Positions 9,173-19,126 of a DNA stretch of 64,000 nucleotides are shown piece after piece. This DNA comes from Bacillota bacterium (GTDB lineage: Bacteria; Bacillota; Sulfobacillia; Fermentithermobacillales; Fermentithermobacillaceae), in assembly GCA_050952125.1 (NCBI GenBank), contig JBMNKK010000003.1, positions 288,856 through 352,855 on the forward strand. The letters run 5' to 3'. The position numbers and the translations under genes were made by a program. How positions within the stretch are numbered: the first letter of the stretch is position 1; every line of letters starts with the position of its first letter. Below the pieces are notes generated by a model. That model saw nothing but the letters and a program-made list of their open reading frames with translations, made no database searches and was not told the origin of the DNA.

Positions 9173-10948
9173 TTGCGCGTACCGAATGTCTGGAGGAAGC
9201 TTTGGGACATACTGAGCCCCCCAAAAGGACACCCAGAGCGCACCAGATTTTCGCTGGGCCGAAGGCCGGTACCGGGCAAGAAGCCACCCAAACCGGACAA
9301 AGAAGGGGAGGCCGAAAACCAAACCGGCCTCACAAAGGATCTGCAGCAGAACACCGAACTGCTCAAAGAGGTCTTCCACGTACCTGAGTCGTCAGATGTG
9401 GTGTTCAGGGAAATCCGCTGCGCCGAACCCCGTCTGGATATCGTGGTAGCGTATGTCGAAGGAATGGCTGCTTCGACGAGAGTTGTATCCACAGTTCTGC
9501 AGCCGCTCATGCTCTTGTCTTCAATGCGAAATCAGGACGAAAAAGACAAGGTAACCTATCTTGAAAAAGCGCTCTTGCCCAGCGGACAGGTTGAACGGAA
9601 GACAACATTTGAACAGTGCGTGGAAAGCATGGTCATGGGCGACTCGATCGTGCTCGTCGACGGATCCGACGTTGCTCTCGTCGTTGAGACCAAGGGCTGG
9701 GAGCGGCGGATGGTAGGCGAGGCGGTCTCAGAGAGGATAGTCCGCGGCCCCCAAGCCGGCTTTGTGGAAGTTCTCCGTGCAAACACGGGACTCATCCGTT
9801 CGCTGGTCCAGAGTCCGGATTTGGTGGTTGAGAACATCGATGTAGGAGTGCGAGTCAAGACCAAGTGCGCGCTCTTGTACATGGCCGGGATAGCGAACAA
9901 GAAACTCGTAACCGAATGCAGGCGGCGCCTGGCCGGGATCGACACCGCCGATATCCTGTCGTCGGGACAGCTGGAGCAGTTCCTCGAAGATTCACACACG
10001 TTGCTTCCAACCATCTTGAGTACCGAACGCCCCGACAGAGTCGCCCATTTCATAATGGAGGGGATGTGCGCCGTAGTCGTAGCGGGCGATCCCTTCGTGC
10101 TCGTCATGCCCGTCTCTTTCTTTACCTTCACGCACAGCCCCGAAGACAACTACGTACGCTGGCCGTACGGGAACGTACTTCGCATCATCCGGTATATCAG
10201 CCTTTTCCTGACGATTTTCCTGCCCGGGCTGTACGTCGCCATCGTCAACTACCATCCCGAAATGGTGCCGACGAGCCTCATGATGGCGATCGCAGCGTCT
10301 AGAGAACCCATCCCGTTCCCGCTGTCAGTTGAGGTTCTGGTCATGTACTTCGGGTTTGAGCTGATCAGAGAGGCCGGGATCCGGATCCCGTCACCGATAG
10401 GTCCCACCATAGGCATTGTAGGTGCCCTGCTTGTCGGAGAGGCCGCCGTCAGCGCATCAATTGTCAGCCCCATTCTTGTCATCGTGATCGCAGTCACGGC
10501 CGTTTCCTCTTTCACGCTGCCCAACCTCGAGATCGCCATGTTCACACGCGTGGCCACTCTTGTGTTCATCATTGCAGGGGCTACCTTCGGGCTCCTAGGG
10601 ATTGTCGCGTTGTCATACGTGCTGCTCATCCAGGCGTTCAACTTCAACAGCTTCGGCGTCCCATTCCTAACGCCGGTCGCGCCGCTTAGGCAGACCGCCG
10701 GGTACGGTCCCTTCGTGGCCCCGCCGTGGAGAATGAGTCAAAGGCCCGAGTACCTGAGGCAGCAAGACCGCCGCCGCCAAGGTCCTGAGTCAAGGGTTTG
10801 GGACTCCGGGGAGACCTTAGAGCCTGCAGCGTCCGGCAAAAAGGGAGGTGAGGCCGTTGGCAGAAAGCGGAAAGGAGCGGAAGTCACCTCCGAGTCAAAG
10901 CCAGAGAACTCCGTGCGAAGACAAGATAGAGGGACAGGACAGCGCTGA
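9173..10948 (+). CDS. Spore germinant receptor, GerA-family A subunit
   Basis: 591-aa ORF with TTG start; the start is uncertain. GerA-family core: ...VVFREIRCAEPRLDIVVAYVEGMAA...GWERRMVGEAVSERIVRGPQAGFVEVLRANTGLIR..., followed by C-terminal TM helices. B and C subunits follow. Confidence 0.85.
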   Translation: MRVPNVWRKLWDILSPPKGHPERTRFSLGRRPVPGKKPPKPDKEGEAENQTGLTKDLQQNTELLKEVFHVPESSDVVFREIRCAEPRLDIVVAYVEGMAASTRVVSTVLQPLMLLSSMRNQDEKDKVTYLEKALLPSGQVERKTTFEQCVESMVMGDSIVLVDGSDVALVVETKGWERRMVGEAVSERIVRGPQAGFVEVLRANTGLIRSLVQSPDLVVENIDVGVRVKTKCALLYMAGIANKKLVTECRRRLAGIDTADILSSGQLEQFLEDSHTLLPTILSTERPDRVAHFIMEGMCAVVVAGDPFVLVMPVSFFTFTHSPEDNYVRWPYGNVLRIIRYISLFLTIFLPGLYVAIVNYHPEMVPTSLMMAIAASREPIPFPLSVEVLVMYFGFELIREAGIRIPSPIGPTIGIVGALLVGEAAVSASIVSPILVIVIAVTAVSSFTLPNLEIAMFTRVATLVFIIAGATFGLLGIVALSYVLLIQAFNFNSFGVPFLTPVAPLRQTAGYGPFVAPPWRMSQRPEYLRQQDRRRQGPESRVWDSGETLEPAASGKKGGEAVGRKRKGAEVTSESKPENSVRRQDRGTGQR

Positions 10949-12125
10949 ATCCCAATCACTGAGCCTGGGCCACATTTCAAAGAATCAAGTCACGGCTCTC
11001 ATAGCTTTCGTGCTCGGAGTGAAGGCGTTGCTCATCACGCCAACATTTCTGATCCTTCAGTCTGCGACCGCTGCATGGATCGTGGTGGTCATATCCGTAG
11101 CGGTGGCTTCGGCAGGCCTGGCCGGGTGGGTCAAGTGGTCAAGGCTGACCCCCGGAACCCCCTTTTACGCCGCTCTCAAGAAGACGCTTGGGACGACTCT
11201 CGGAACCATCGTTTGCGCTTTGATGATGCTCTCCTTCACTATCGCCATATCTTTCAGCATGCGATTGTTTGCCGGAGGGGCCGCGATCGGGCTCCTGCCG
11301 GAGTTTCCTGTTGAGGCACTGCTACTGGTTCTCATTGCTGCCAGCGGTTACGCCGCGTGGCTCGGACCGGAGAGCATAGGCAGGGCATCAACATTTTTCT
11401 TGGTGCCCACTCTTGCCACTTTCTTCGTTGTCGCGCTGTCGGCTCTAAAGGGGCATGATGCTCGAAACCTCCTTCCTCTGCTCGGTCCAGGTCCGGGAGT
11501 CGTCGCCCTTCAGGGCGTACTGCGCTCAGGTTTATGGGGCATAATGGCCTCGTTTGCTGCGCTTAAGCCTTACGTGCGCTCGGAAGAAGATCTGGCCAGA
11601 GGCGCTCGCAACGGGCTCTATCTGGCGGGATTCGGATTGCTCGTAAGCGTGGTCGCAATACTCATGTTTTTCCCGTATCCGGCTAGCACACGCCTAAGCC
11701 ACCCCATGGGGATGCTTGCCCGGGCGGTTTATTTGAACCGCTTCTTGCAGCGCATCGAAGCCGCCTTCGCATTCTCCTGGTTCTACGCTTCTGCTATCCA
11801 GGCCAGTTTCATTTACTTCGTCCTCCTGTCTATGCTCGCAGAGGTTTCGGGAACGCGGACCTACCGTCCTTTCCTTCCGGCCTTGGCAACTTTGACTTTC
11901 GGAATTGGAGCCCTCCCGGTAAGCCTCCTAAGGGCAGAGCAGCTCTTGGAGACCTACTTTTTCAACACCTTTGGGCTAGCCTTCGTGCCCTTTGGCTGGC
12001 TTCTGTATGCGGTAGCGAAACTTCGTGGAGTAAAGCCGGCCCCCCGGTCATCTCCCTCAGGAGGTGATGGCGTTGCAGGCAACACGCGGGAAGAAGGTAA
12101 GCCGTCAACTCAGGATTCCGGCTAG
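10857..12125 (+). CDS. Spore germinant receptor, GerA-family B subunit (APC-like permease)
   Basis: A ~10-TM hydrophobic protein starting ...ISKNQVTALIAFVLGVKALLITPTFL.... The track start is GTG 10848. TTG 10857 has AAGGGAGG 8 nt upstream. It overlaps the A-subunit 3' end. Confidence 0.8.
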   Translation: MAESGKERKSPPSQSQRTPCEDKIEGQDSAESQSLSLGHISKNQVTALIAFVLGVKALLITPTFLILQSATAAWIVVVISVAVASAGLAGWVKWSRLTPGTPFYAALKKTLGTTLGTIVCALMMLSFTIAISFSMRLFAGGAAIGLLPEFPVEALLLVLIAASGYAAWLGPESIGRASTFFLVPTLATFFVVALSALKGHDARNLLPLLGPGPGVVALQGVLRSGLWGIMASFAALKPYVRSEEDLARGARNGLYLAGFGLLVSVVAILMFFPYPASTRLSHPMGMLARAVYLNRFLQRIEAAFAFSWFYASAIQASFIYFVLLSMLAEVSGTRTYRPFLPALATLTFGIGALPVSLLRAEQLLETYFFNTFGLAFVPFGWLLYAVAKLRGVKPAPRSSPSGGDGVAGNTREEGKPSTQDSG

Positions 12126-13350
12126 AACTATTCTTTTGGTGTGGGCTTCAGCCGTTTTTCTCGCTTTCCTCTCTTCCGGGTGTTGGGGCAAAAGGGAGAT
12201 CGAAGAGAGGGCGTTCATCCACGTAATGGGGATCGACAAAGGCGAACTTGAGCGCATACACGTCACCGTCTTGATCGCTGTACCGCGCCAGACGGGTTCC
12301 GATTCCATGGAAGGAGGATCTGAGGCTGGTACCGGTATCATCCTGTCTGCCGAAGGCTGGGATATATTCGATGCCCTATCCAGAATCGAGTCTATAAGCT
12401 CCAGGGAGCTTACAGGCATGCACCTGTCGTGTGTGATCCTCGGAGAGGACTTCGCGAAGGACGACGTCGCTCTGGTAATGGATGTGTTCAGCCGCAGCAT
12501 CGAGTTCCGACCGAATTCTTTTATCGCCGTGTGCAGGGGCAATGCAGGCGCCTTCATCAAGAAAGCCAAGACCCCGGAGGAAGTGGTACTCTCAGACTAT
12601 CTGACCAAACTCATCACATCGACCCACGAGCACTTGGGTTTTTGCCCTATGGTTACCATCCACGATTTCGCCATGGCCTATCAAACCGTCGAGTCTTCTC
12701 CCTGGTCCCCGCTTATGGAGCTCGCGGCTACCACACCGGCGGAGACTACTGAAAGTGGAGAGGCTGCCCCGCACGCCGCAACTCCTGACGTGCAGCCTGT
12801 CCTTATCGCCGGCAGCGCGCTGTTCTCGCTTGACGGGGATAGATACAGGATGGCCGGCGAACTGACCCCGGAAGAAACGCGAGCTGCCCTCGTCATGTCC
12901 GGAGACTCAAAAGGTTGGTATGTGGATGTTCAGGCCCCGGGAGAACGAGAGGTTATGTCCCTCGTTATCCGCCATACGTCGACAATAACCCACATAGACA
13001 GGCAAGGGGACACCGTGACGGCTCACTTCAAGGTCAGCCTCAGCGGCACGATTGAAGAGTTCGTAGTAAACCCCGAAGCGCCCCAGACCACTAACCAGAT
13101 GAGGCTGGCGATCGCTCAAACGGTTCAACAGCGAATTCAGGAGTTGTGCACGCGATCTCTCGACAAGATGAAGGCGCTTCGCTCGGACGCCATCGCCCTT
13201 GGCCGCTCCGTTCACGGGACGTTTCTCACCTTACCTGAATGGGAGGCGTTCGATTGGCCGTCGAAATTCCCGCACGTCGCCGCTACCTTCGATGTCAAGG
13301 TAGACATCTTTTCCACGGGCTTCAGATTCCAGAGAGCGTCTCCGCGGTAA
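12064..13350 (+). CDS. Spore germinant receptor, Ger(x)C-family lipoprotein subunit
   Basis: Lipobox ...VFLAFLSSGC is followed by WGKREIEERAFIHVMGIDK, the typical GerAC N-terminus. Third gene of the operon. Confidence 0.85.
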   Translation: MMALQATRGKKVSRQLRIPARTILLVWASAVFLAFLSSGCWGKREIEERAFIHVMGIDKGELERIHVTVLIAVPRQTGSDSMEGGSEAGTGIILSAEGWDIFDALSRIESISSRELTGMHLSCVILGEDFAKDDVALVMDVFSRSIEFRPNSFIAVCRGNAGAFIKKAKTPEEVVLSDYLTKLITSTHEHLGFCPMVTIHDFAMAYQTVESSPWSPLMELAATTPAETTESGEAAPHAATPDVQPVLIAGSALFSLDGDRYRMAGELTPEETRAALVMSGDSKGWYVDVQAPGEREVMSLVIRHTSTITHIDRQGDTVTAHFKVSLSGTIEEFVVNPEAPQTTNQMRLAIAQTVQQRIQELCTRSLDKMKALRSDAIALGRSVHGTFLTLPEWEAFDWPSKFPHVAATFDVKVDIFSTGFRFQRASPR

Positions 13351-13399
13351 AGGAAGTGTGCCTTCGGGGATAGAAGATCCCTGTCCGGAGGCTGATCCG

Positions 13400-14086
13400 A
13401 TGCCCAGAATGCGAGAACGCAACTCTGATCTTGAGCGCGCCAGGCATTTGTACGATTGGGAAAGCTCAATGCGGCGCAAGTACAGATACATAGCAGGAGT
13501 AGACGAAGTGGGCAGGGGCCCGATGGCGGGGCCGGTAGTTGCTGCTGCAGTGATCCTCCCTGCGGAACCCGCGATTCCCGGTATCAATGACAGCAAGAGA
13601 CTCACCCCGAAGAAGAGAGAAGAGGTTTTCGACCTCATCCTGGAACACTCCCTAGCCTACGGCATAGGGGTGAGATCATCCAAGTTCGTCGATGAAAAAG
13701 GAATAGTCGAGGCAACTTATTCCGCGATGCGGATGGCTGTGGCAGCGCTGACGTTGCACGGCGTGACGCCTGAATTAGTCCTGGTTGACGGCTATCCGAT
13801 AAAGGGGCTCTCGCTCCGTCAGGAAGCCGTTGTACACGGCGATTCCACGTCTGCATCCGTAGCCGGGGCGTCAATTCTAGCTAAGGTGACCCGCGACCGG
13901 ATCATGGCCGAGTATGAAGGGCTCTATCCGGGCTACGGATTTCGCGAACATAAAGGCTACTGCACAAGCTCTCACCGGTCGTTCCTTCAAGCGTTAGGGC
14001 CGTCACCGATTCATCGCAGGTCCTTCGCCCCTGTTTCAATGGAAATCGACGGCGCCGCGGATGATCTGGAAACGGACGAAGCCTAA
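13400..14086 (+). CDS. rnhB: Ribonuclease HII
   Basis: Motifs IAGVDEVGRGPMAGPVVAAAV and DSKRLTPKKRE are present. ATG 13400 has GGAGG 9 nt upstream; the track ORF starts at GTG 13358. Confidence 0.92.
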   Translation: MPRMRERNSDLERARHLYDWESSMRRKYRYIAGVDEVGRGPMAGPVVAAAVILPAEPAIPGINDSKRLTPKKREEVFDLILEHSLAYGIGVRSSKFVDEKGIVEATYSAMRMAVAALTLHGVTPELVLVDGYPIKGLSLRQEAVVHGDSTSASVAGASILAKVTRDRIMAEYEGLYPGYGFREHKGYCTSSHRSFLQALGPSPIHRRSFAPVSMEIDGAADDLETDEA

Positions 14087-14449
14087 TCCCGGGACGGGAA
14101 CGGCCTCGCCGCCTCTAGGAGTTGCCGGCGAACCAAGGCAAGCGTCGACCCTCACCGGCGTGGAATCCTTAACGCGACGGTGCATGAGGTAATGCCTCAC
14201 GGCTCTACGCAGGCGTTCTAGTTTGCGCCACCCCAATGATTCGCCTGCCGACTCGCGCGAGTTGAGGCCTCTGTATCGCACTTCCACAAACACCAAGACC
14301 CCAGCCTCGAGAGCCACAATGTCGATCTCGCCAAATCTACAGGAGTAGTTGCGTTCCATGACTTCGTAGCCTAGCGACGACAAAAAACCGCACGCGGCAG
14401 CCTCCACTGCCGCACCCAGCTGTCTCGCATGAGAGCGGGGATCACACAT
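14036..14449 (-). CDS. yraN: YraN-family (UPF0102) endonuclease-like protein
   Basis: 137 aa with ...GAAVEAAACGFLSSLGYEVMERNYSCRFGEIDIVALEAGVLVFVEVRYR... and C-terminal ...FQIIRGAVDFH. It overlaps the comM stop by 8 nt. Confidence 0.8.
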   Translation of the reverse strand: MCDPRSHARQLGAAVEAAACGFLSSLGYEVMERNYSCRFGEIDIVALEAGVLVFVEVRYRGLNSRESAGESLGWRKLERLRRAVRHYLMHRRVKDSTPVRVDACLGSPATPRGGEAVPVPGLGFVRFQIIRGAVDFH

Positions 14450-15959
14450 GGAGAGTCGTCTGTCTGTACGACAGAGCCTCGGCGACGTGCTCTTCCTCTA
14501 TCCGAGGGGAATCTTCCAGGTCGGCAATTGTTGAAGCTACCCTCAACACGCGGTAGTAGCCCCTGGTCGACAGACCCATCTTCTTGACCGCGCCAAGGGC
14601 CAGCCTCCTCGCACTGGCTGAAAAGGAAACCAGAGTTCCCAGCTCTCTCGCTCCCATTTCGGCATTGCAGGTGATACGCGTCCCTTCCAGGCGCCTTTCT
14701 TGCCTCTTCCGCGCCGCCATCACCCTTTCCTTGACCGCCGAGGAACGCTCTCCCCCGGTCCTTACCAGGTCCGCGGGCGGGACACGGGACACGGACAGGT
14801 ATATGTCTATCCTGTCCAAGAATGGGCCGCTCACCCTTGCGGCGTAGTTTCGGCGAGAGCGCGGAGTGCACGAGCAGTCCTGCTCCTCGCTTCCGAACCT
14901 ACCGCATGGGCATAAGTTCATGGCGGATACCAGCACGAAGCGGCACGGAAACCGGTAGGTGCCCCGAGACCGGGTTATCGCGACGGACCCGTCCTCCAGA
15001 GGCTGCCTCATAGCGTTCAGCACCGCCGGAGCGAACTCCGGGAGTTCATCCAGAAACAACACGCCTCTGTGCGCCAAGGTGATCTCCCCCGGCCTGGGGA
15101 CGCTCCCGCCTCCAATGAGTGCCGTAGCAGTCACAGTATGGTGAGGAGCTCTGAAAGGTCGCCTCCTTACCAACCCGGACCCCGGTAGGAGGTTTCCCGA
15201 AACGCTCTGGATCCGTGTAACCTCCAGAGCCTCTTCATGCGAGAGGTCGGGGAGAATGCCCGGAAGGGCACGGGCCAGCATGCTCTTCCCCACCCCGTGA
15301 GGCCCTGAAAGGAGCATGTTATGCCCTCCCGAAGCCGCGACCTCAAGAGCTCTCTTGGCGGCTGATTGTCCCCTTATGTCGAAAGTGTCGACGTAAGGCT
15401 CCGTTTGATATGCGTGCTCGGCGGAGCAGTCGACTCCGGGCAGATCTTCAGACCCCTGGATAAACCTGATGACGTCACTCAAAGAGCCAGCCGCTCTCAA
15501 GTCAAGCCCCCTTAGGAACGATACCTCGCCCCCGTTGTCCCGCGGGAGAACGACGCCGTCAACATCGGCTGCCTTCGAGATCACCATGGGGAGCACTCCC
15601 CTCACCGGTCTCAACGTCCCGTCCAAAGCCAGCTCTCCCAAGAGCATATACCTGCGGAGTCTCCCTTCGCTGGAGATCTGCCCTGAAGCCGCGAGAATGC
15701 CTGCGGCGACCGCTAAGTCCATTTGAGAACCCTCCTTATGGAGGTCTGCAGGAGATAAGTTCACAGTAATCCTGCTTGGAGGCACCTCAAACCCCGAGTT
15801 GCGTACCGCGGACCTCACGCGATGCCGGGATTCTCTCACGGCAGCGTCGGCCAAGCCCGCGATTTCCAGCCCCGGGAGACCTCCGGATACGTCAACCTCC
15901 ACTCTCACAGGGACACCTTCGATTCCCGCTACTGTGGCGCTCCATACATAGGCAAACAA
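14442..15959 (-). CDS. comM: YifB/ComM-family Mg-chelatase-like AAA+ ATPase
   Basis: N-terminal Lon-like domain (FAYVWSATVAGIEGVPVRVEVDV), Walker A SGPHGVGKS and Walker B VLFLDELPEF. TTG 15959 has GGAGG 10 nt upstream and gives ~505 aa. The track ORF starts at 16034. Confidence 0.9.
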   Translation of the reverse strand: MFAYVWSATVAGIEGVPVRVEVDVSGGLPGLEIAGLADAAVRESRHRVRSAVRNSGFEVPPSRITVNLSPADLHKEGSQMDLAVAAGILAASGQISSEGRLRRYMLLGELALDGTLRPVRGVLPMVISKAADVDGVVLPRDNGGEVSFLRGLDLRAAGSLSDVIRFIQGSEDLPGVDCSAEHAYQTEPYVDTFDIRGQSAAKRALEVAASGGHNMLLSGPHGVGKSMLARALPGILPDLSHEEALEVTRIQSVSGNLLPGSGLVRRRPFRAPHHTVTATALIGGGSVPRPGEITLAHRGVLFLDELPEFAPAVLNAMRQPLEDGSVAITRSRGTYRFPCRFVLVSAMNLCPCGRFGSEEQDCSCTPRSRRNYAARVSGPFLDRIDIYLSVSRVPPADLVRTGGERSSAVKERVMAARKRQERRLEGTRITCNAEMGARELGTLVSFSASARRLALGAVKKMGLSTRGYYRVLRVASTIADLEDSPRIEEEHVAEALSYRQTTLHV

Positions 15960-16070
15960 TACCCCACTACCTCCACAGAAACTCGATTTGACCCGAATCG
16001 ACACGGACATGCTGAGCATAACATGTATTGGCAATTTCTGCCATGTTCAGCGTGCGCACTTACGCTCCTG

Positions 16071-16100
16071 TTGCTCCCTTCGCTGTACCGATGCTAGAAT
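16071..16100 (+). promoter_or_regulatory. Candidate sigma-A promoter for the MATE gene
   Basis: TTGCTC (16071..16076), 18-nt spacer, TAGAAT (16095..16100), ~48 nt upstream of the GTG start. Confidence 0.35.
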
Positions 16101-16147
16101 GTTTGGTGTCCAGAAATATCAGCTTCCAAGAGAATGGAGACTAGGAT

Positions 16148-17698
16148 GTGGCGGCTCAGAAATCGAAGGTTCATGAGGTAGAGCAGGTGAAGAGTGGGCC
16201 CTCGGATAATGCCATACCGGCTAACGGTTCCGATTCGCTGGAGGAAGAGGTTTCGATAACTCTGGATGGAGGCAGTTCTCCCGAGCAAGGGGCCGCACTG
16301 GTCGGCCCTCTTGACGGTGTTGTTACTGAGGCCCGCGAAGACCTCGCTGCGGAACCCCCGATCGAGTCAGGTTCCGAACTCAGGAAGAAGATCACCGACC
16401 TGGCAGTGCCGGCACTCATAGAGATGACACTGATGACTCTGGTCTCGATGGTCGACATGATTCAAGTCGGACGGCTCGGACCCTGGGCAATCACGTCGGT
16501 CGGGCTGTCAAATCAGCCGATGTTCATCGCTATGTCCGTCTTCATGTCTCTCAACGTTGGGGCTACGGCGCTCGTGGCAAGGTCCGTGGGCGCCAAGAAG
16601 ATTGACGACGCCTTTGCGGGAGCAAGGCAGGCTCTCGTAATTGCGAGTCTCTTTGGCCTGGTCCTGGGCGCACTCGGCATCACATACGCAGGCCCCATTC
16701 TGCGTATTCTCGGAGCCGAAGCGGACGTGATTGGCCCGGGAACGGCTTACCTGCGGATCGTAAGCGCTGGACTCATCTTCCAGGGGGCAACTGTAAGCCT
16801 TAATGCCTCGCTGAGGGGCGCAGGCGACACCCGGACTCCCATGTCGGTGAACCTCATTGCAAACCTGGTCAACGTTGTCGGCAACTATCTACTCATCAAC
16901 GGCGCGTTCGGGTTCCCCAGACTCGAGGTAGCCGGCGCGGCTTACGCGACGACCTTTTCGAGGCTGGTAGCTCTCGTGCTGGTCGTATCCAAAGTGTTCG
17001 GACACCGGGGCGCGATCAAGATGTCGATTACCGACTCCTTCCGTCCCGACCTGCCTATCCTCCGTAGGATCTTCAAAGTCGGTATCCCCGCAGCGCTTGA
17101 GCAGCTTGTAATGCGCTCCGGCCAGATGGTGTTCGCCCGGATAGTGGCCAGCTTTGGCACCCTGACGTACGCGGCACACCAGGTGGCACTCAACATAGAA
17201 GGTTTCTCATTCACAACTCCCCAGGCGTTCCAGACCGCGGCAACAACACTCGTAGGCCAAAGCCTCGGGGCGAAGCGGCCCAAGAGGGCCATTCGAGTTG
17301 GAGCCGAAGCCCAGAAGATCGCAATAGGGATAGGGCTTTTTATGGGCACGATACTGTTCCTCTTCGGGAAGTACGTCGCGGTGCTCTACACAGACGATCC
17401 GAGTGTGATATCGCTCAGCGCTGGGGTGCTGAAGATAATCGCGTTTGCCCAGCCCTTCATGGCAACCAACTTCGTGCTTGCCGGCGCGCTCCGCGGCGCG
17501 GGCGATACAAAGTGGACTATGTACATCACTATGGCCGGAGTGTGGGGAGTTAGAGTCGTGACTGCCTACTTCCTCTGCCTCCACACCGACCTGCACCTTT
17601 ACGGCGCGTGGATAGCAATGGCCTTGGATATGACGACAAGGGCGATACTCGTAACCCTCCGGTTCCGAGCCGGCCACTGGACAAAGACCCGGGTGTGA
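16148..17698 (+). CDS. MATE-family efflux transporter
   Basis: 516 aa. After a ~70-aa acidic N-terminal extension comes the MATE start ...LRKKITDLAVPALIEMTLMTLVSMVDMIQVGRLG. It has 12 TM-type hydrophobic segments and a duplicated ...RGAGDT... motif. Confidence 0.88.
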   Translation: MAAQKSKVHEVEQVKSGPSDNAIPANGSDSLEEEVSITLDGGSSPEQGAALVGPLDGVVTEAREDLAAEPPIESGSELRKKITDLAVPALIEMTLMTLVSMVDMIQVGRLGPWAITSVGLSNQPMFIAMSVFMSLNVGATALVARSVGAKKIDDAFAGARQALVIASLFGLVLGALGITYAGPILRILGAEADVIGPGTAYLRIVSAGLIFQGATVSLNASLRGAGDTRTPMSVNLIANLVNVVGNYLLINGAFGFPRLEVAGAAYATTFSRLVALVLVVSKVFGHRGAIKMSITDSFRPDLPILRRIFKVGIPAALEQLVMRSGQMVFARIVASFGTLTYAAHQVALNIEGFSFTTPQAFQTAATTLVGQSLGAKRPKRAIRVGAEAQKIAIGIGLFMGTILFLFGKYVAVLYTDDPSVISLSAGVLKIIAFAQPFMATNFVLAGALRGAGDTKWTMYITMAGVWGVRVVTAYFLCLHTDLHLYGAWIAMALDMTTRAILVTLRFRAGHWTKTRV

Positions 17699-17723
17699 TA
17701 GGCGCTAATCCGTGCGGCGTACG

Positions 17724-18893
17724 CTATGCTTCCCGCAGGTGTTGGGAGGCAAACCCGGCCAAGGACACTACACCCAAGAGCGCCGCGAGCGCCAAGAGGA
17801 CCGTCCGGCTTCCCACTGCGTCGAGAGCCAAGCCCGCGAGAGGTGTAGATATGGGAGAAAAGAGCGTGTTCGCCGTGAACCGCACCGCGAAGACGCGTCC
17901 CCTTATCTCGGCCGGCGTGATTTCCTGGTAGAGCGTGCTCATCGGTACCTGGATGAAGGGAGTCACCGCTCCGAAGAGAGCGAAGATAACGTAGACTTCC
18001 GCGATGCTACTTGACATGCCCATGAGAGCAAACGACATCGCCATAATGGCGACTCCTGTAGCCATGGTAAGTCCCAGGCGCGGCCATCTCTTCCTCATGG
18101 CCATGAAGTAAGAGGCGGCGAGGGAAGCCACGGCCGATACGCTGAACCCCACCCCGAGAAGCTCCGGGTCTACACGTAACGTCTTCAGAAGGTGAACCTG
18201 AAAAGCCAGACCGGCCGGGTTGGCGCAGAAATTGATGAAGATGGCCATGGCAAGAAGGCTCATGGCCAAAGGTACGGCTCTGTAGAACCTAAACCCCTCC
18301 ATAGCTTCTGCAAGGCTCGGCCTCTTTGAGCTTAAGGCGGTTCTGTCCTCGTACGGGGGTTTGATGGCCAGCACCAAGAGAGCGGCCACGGCAAAGACGA
18401 GACCGGCCGCCAAGAGCGTAGAGGCATCTCCAAGTGCCGCCAAAGCGAACCCGGCTACCGCAGGGCCTAAGATCATCGCCGTATTCTTGCCCACCGTGTG
18501 CACCGCGTTAGCCTGTTGTATGGACTCGCGTTCAACCACTGCGGGGATGAGCGCGTTCGTCGCGGGGTCGTAGAAAGCGCGTACGATGCCGTTCAGGGCC
18601 CTCCACGCGTAGACATGCGCTAGGCTGAAAGTCCCGCTGGTGATGGCGTACGCGGAGAGCAAGATGCCGGAGGCCCTGGCTGCATCGGCCACGGCCATTA
18701 CCCACTTCCGCTGAGTACGATCCAAGATCACGCCTGCGACAGGCCCCAGAAGTAAGGCAGGGAGCATCTGCAAGAGAAGTCCTACCGAAGCAGCGGTGGC
18801 GGAACCTGTCCTCTCCAGCACGATTATTGAGAGAGCAGTCGAAACAACATTGTCGGTCACTGCCGACAAGGTCTGCCCTGTCCACAGTTTCAT
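17724..18893 (-). CDS. MFS transporter (EntS/MFS_3-like)
   Basis: Hydrophobic 12-TM pattern. The N-terminus MKLWTGQTLSAVTDNVV resembles the MFS_3 start. ATG 18893 has GGGGGGG ~5 nt upstream. The track ORF extends to 19100 without an SD. Confidence 0.75.
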   Translation of the reverse strand: MKLWTGQTLSAVTDNVVSTALSIIVLERTGSATAASVGLLLQMLPALLLGPVAGVILDRTQRKWVMAVADAARASGILLSAYAITSGTFSLAHVYAWRALNGIVRAFYDPATNALIPAVVERESIQQANAVHTVGKNTAMILGPAVAGFALAALGDASTLLAAGLVFAVAALLVLAIKPPYEDRTALSSKRPSLAEAMEGFRFYRAVPLAMSLLAMAIFINFCANPAGLAFQVHLLKTLRVDPELLGVGFSVSAVASLAASYFMAMRKRWPRLGLTMATGVAIMAMSFALMGMSSSIAEVYVIFALFGAVTPFIQVPMSTLYQEITPAEIRGRVFAVRFTANTLFSPISTPLAGLALDAVGSRTVLLALAALLGVVSLAGFASQHLREA

Positions 18894-19126
18894 GAATTCC
18901 CCCCCAAGGGTAAGGGGCTGCAGTAGGATCAATAGTCCTCTCATGAAACCGTCGCGAAGAGGCTTGGATCTACTCGCCACGCTGGATTCCTCCCGAAAAC
19001 CGCAGGTAAATGCCCGATTGGGATTGGGAGTGCGAGGGCATGGTTTGATATTCCAACAACGCCATTCCGATTCCTCCCTCACATGGAACATCACCGGCAA
19101 TCACAAGGCTCCCGGAGTTTCATAAA

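Noticed and set aside
9061-9510. A 149-aa minus-strand ORF spanning the dprA/gerA divergent region
   Set aside because: It overlaps the well-supported GerA-family A-subunit N-terminus on the other strand. It is low-complexity (Ser/Arg/Pro-rich). It has no SD and no recognisable domain.
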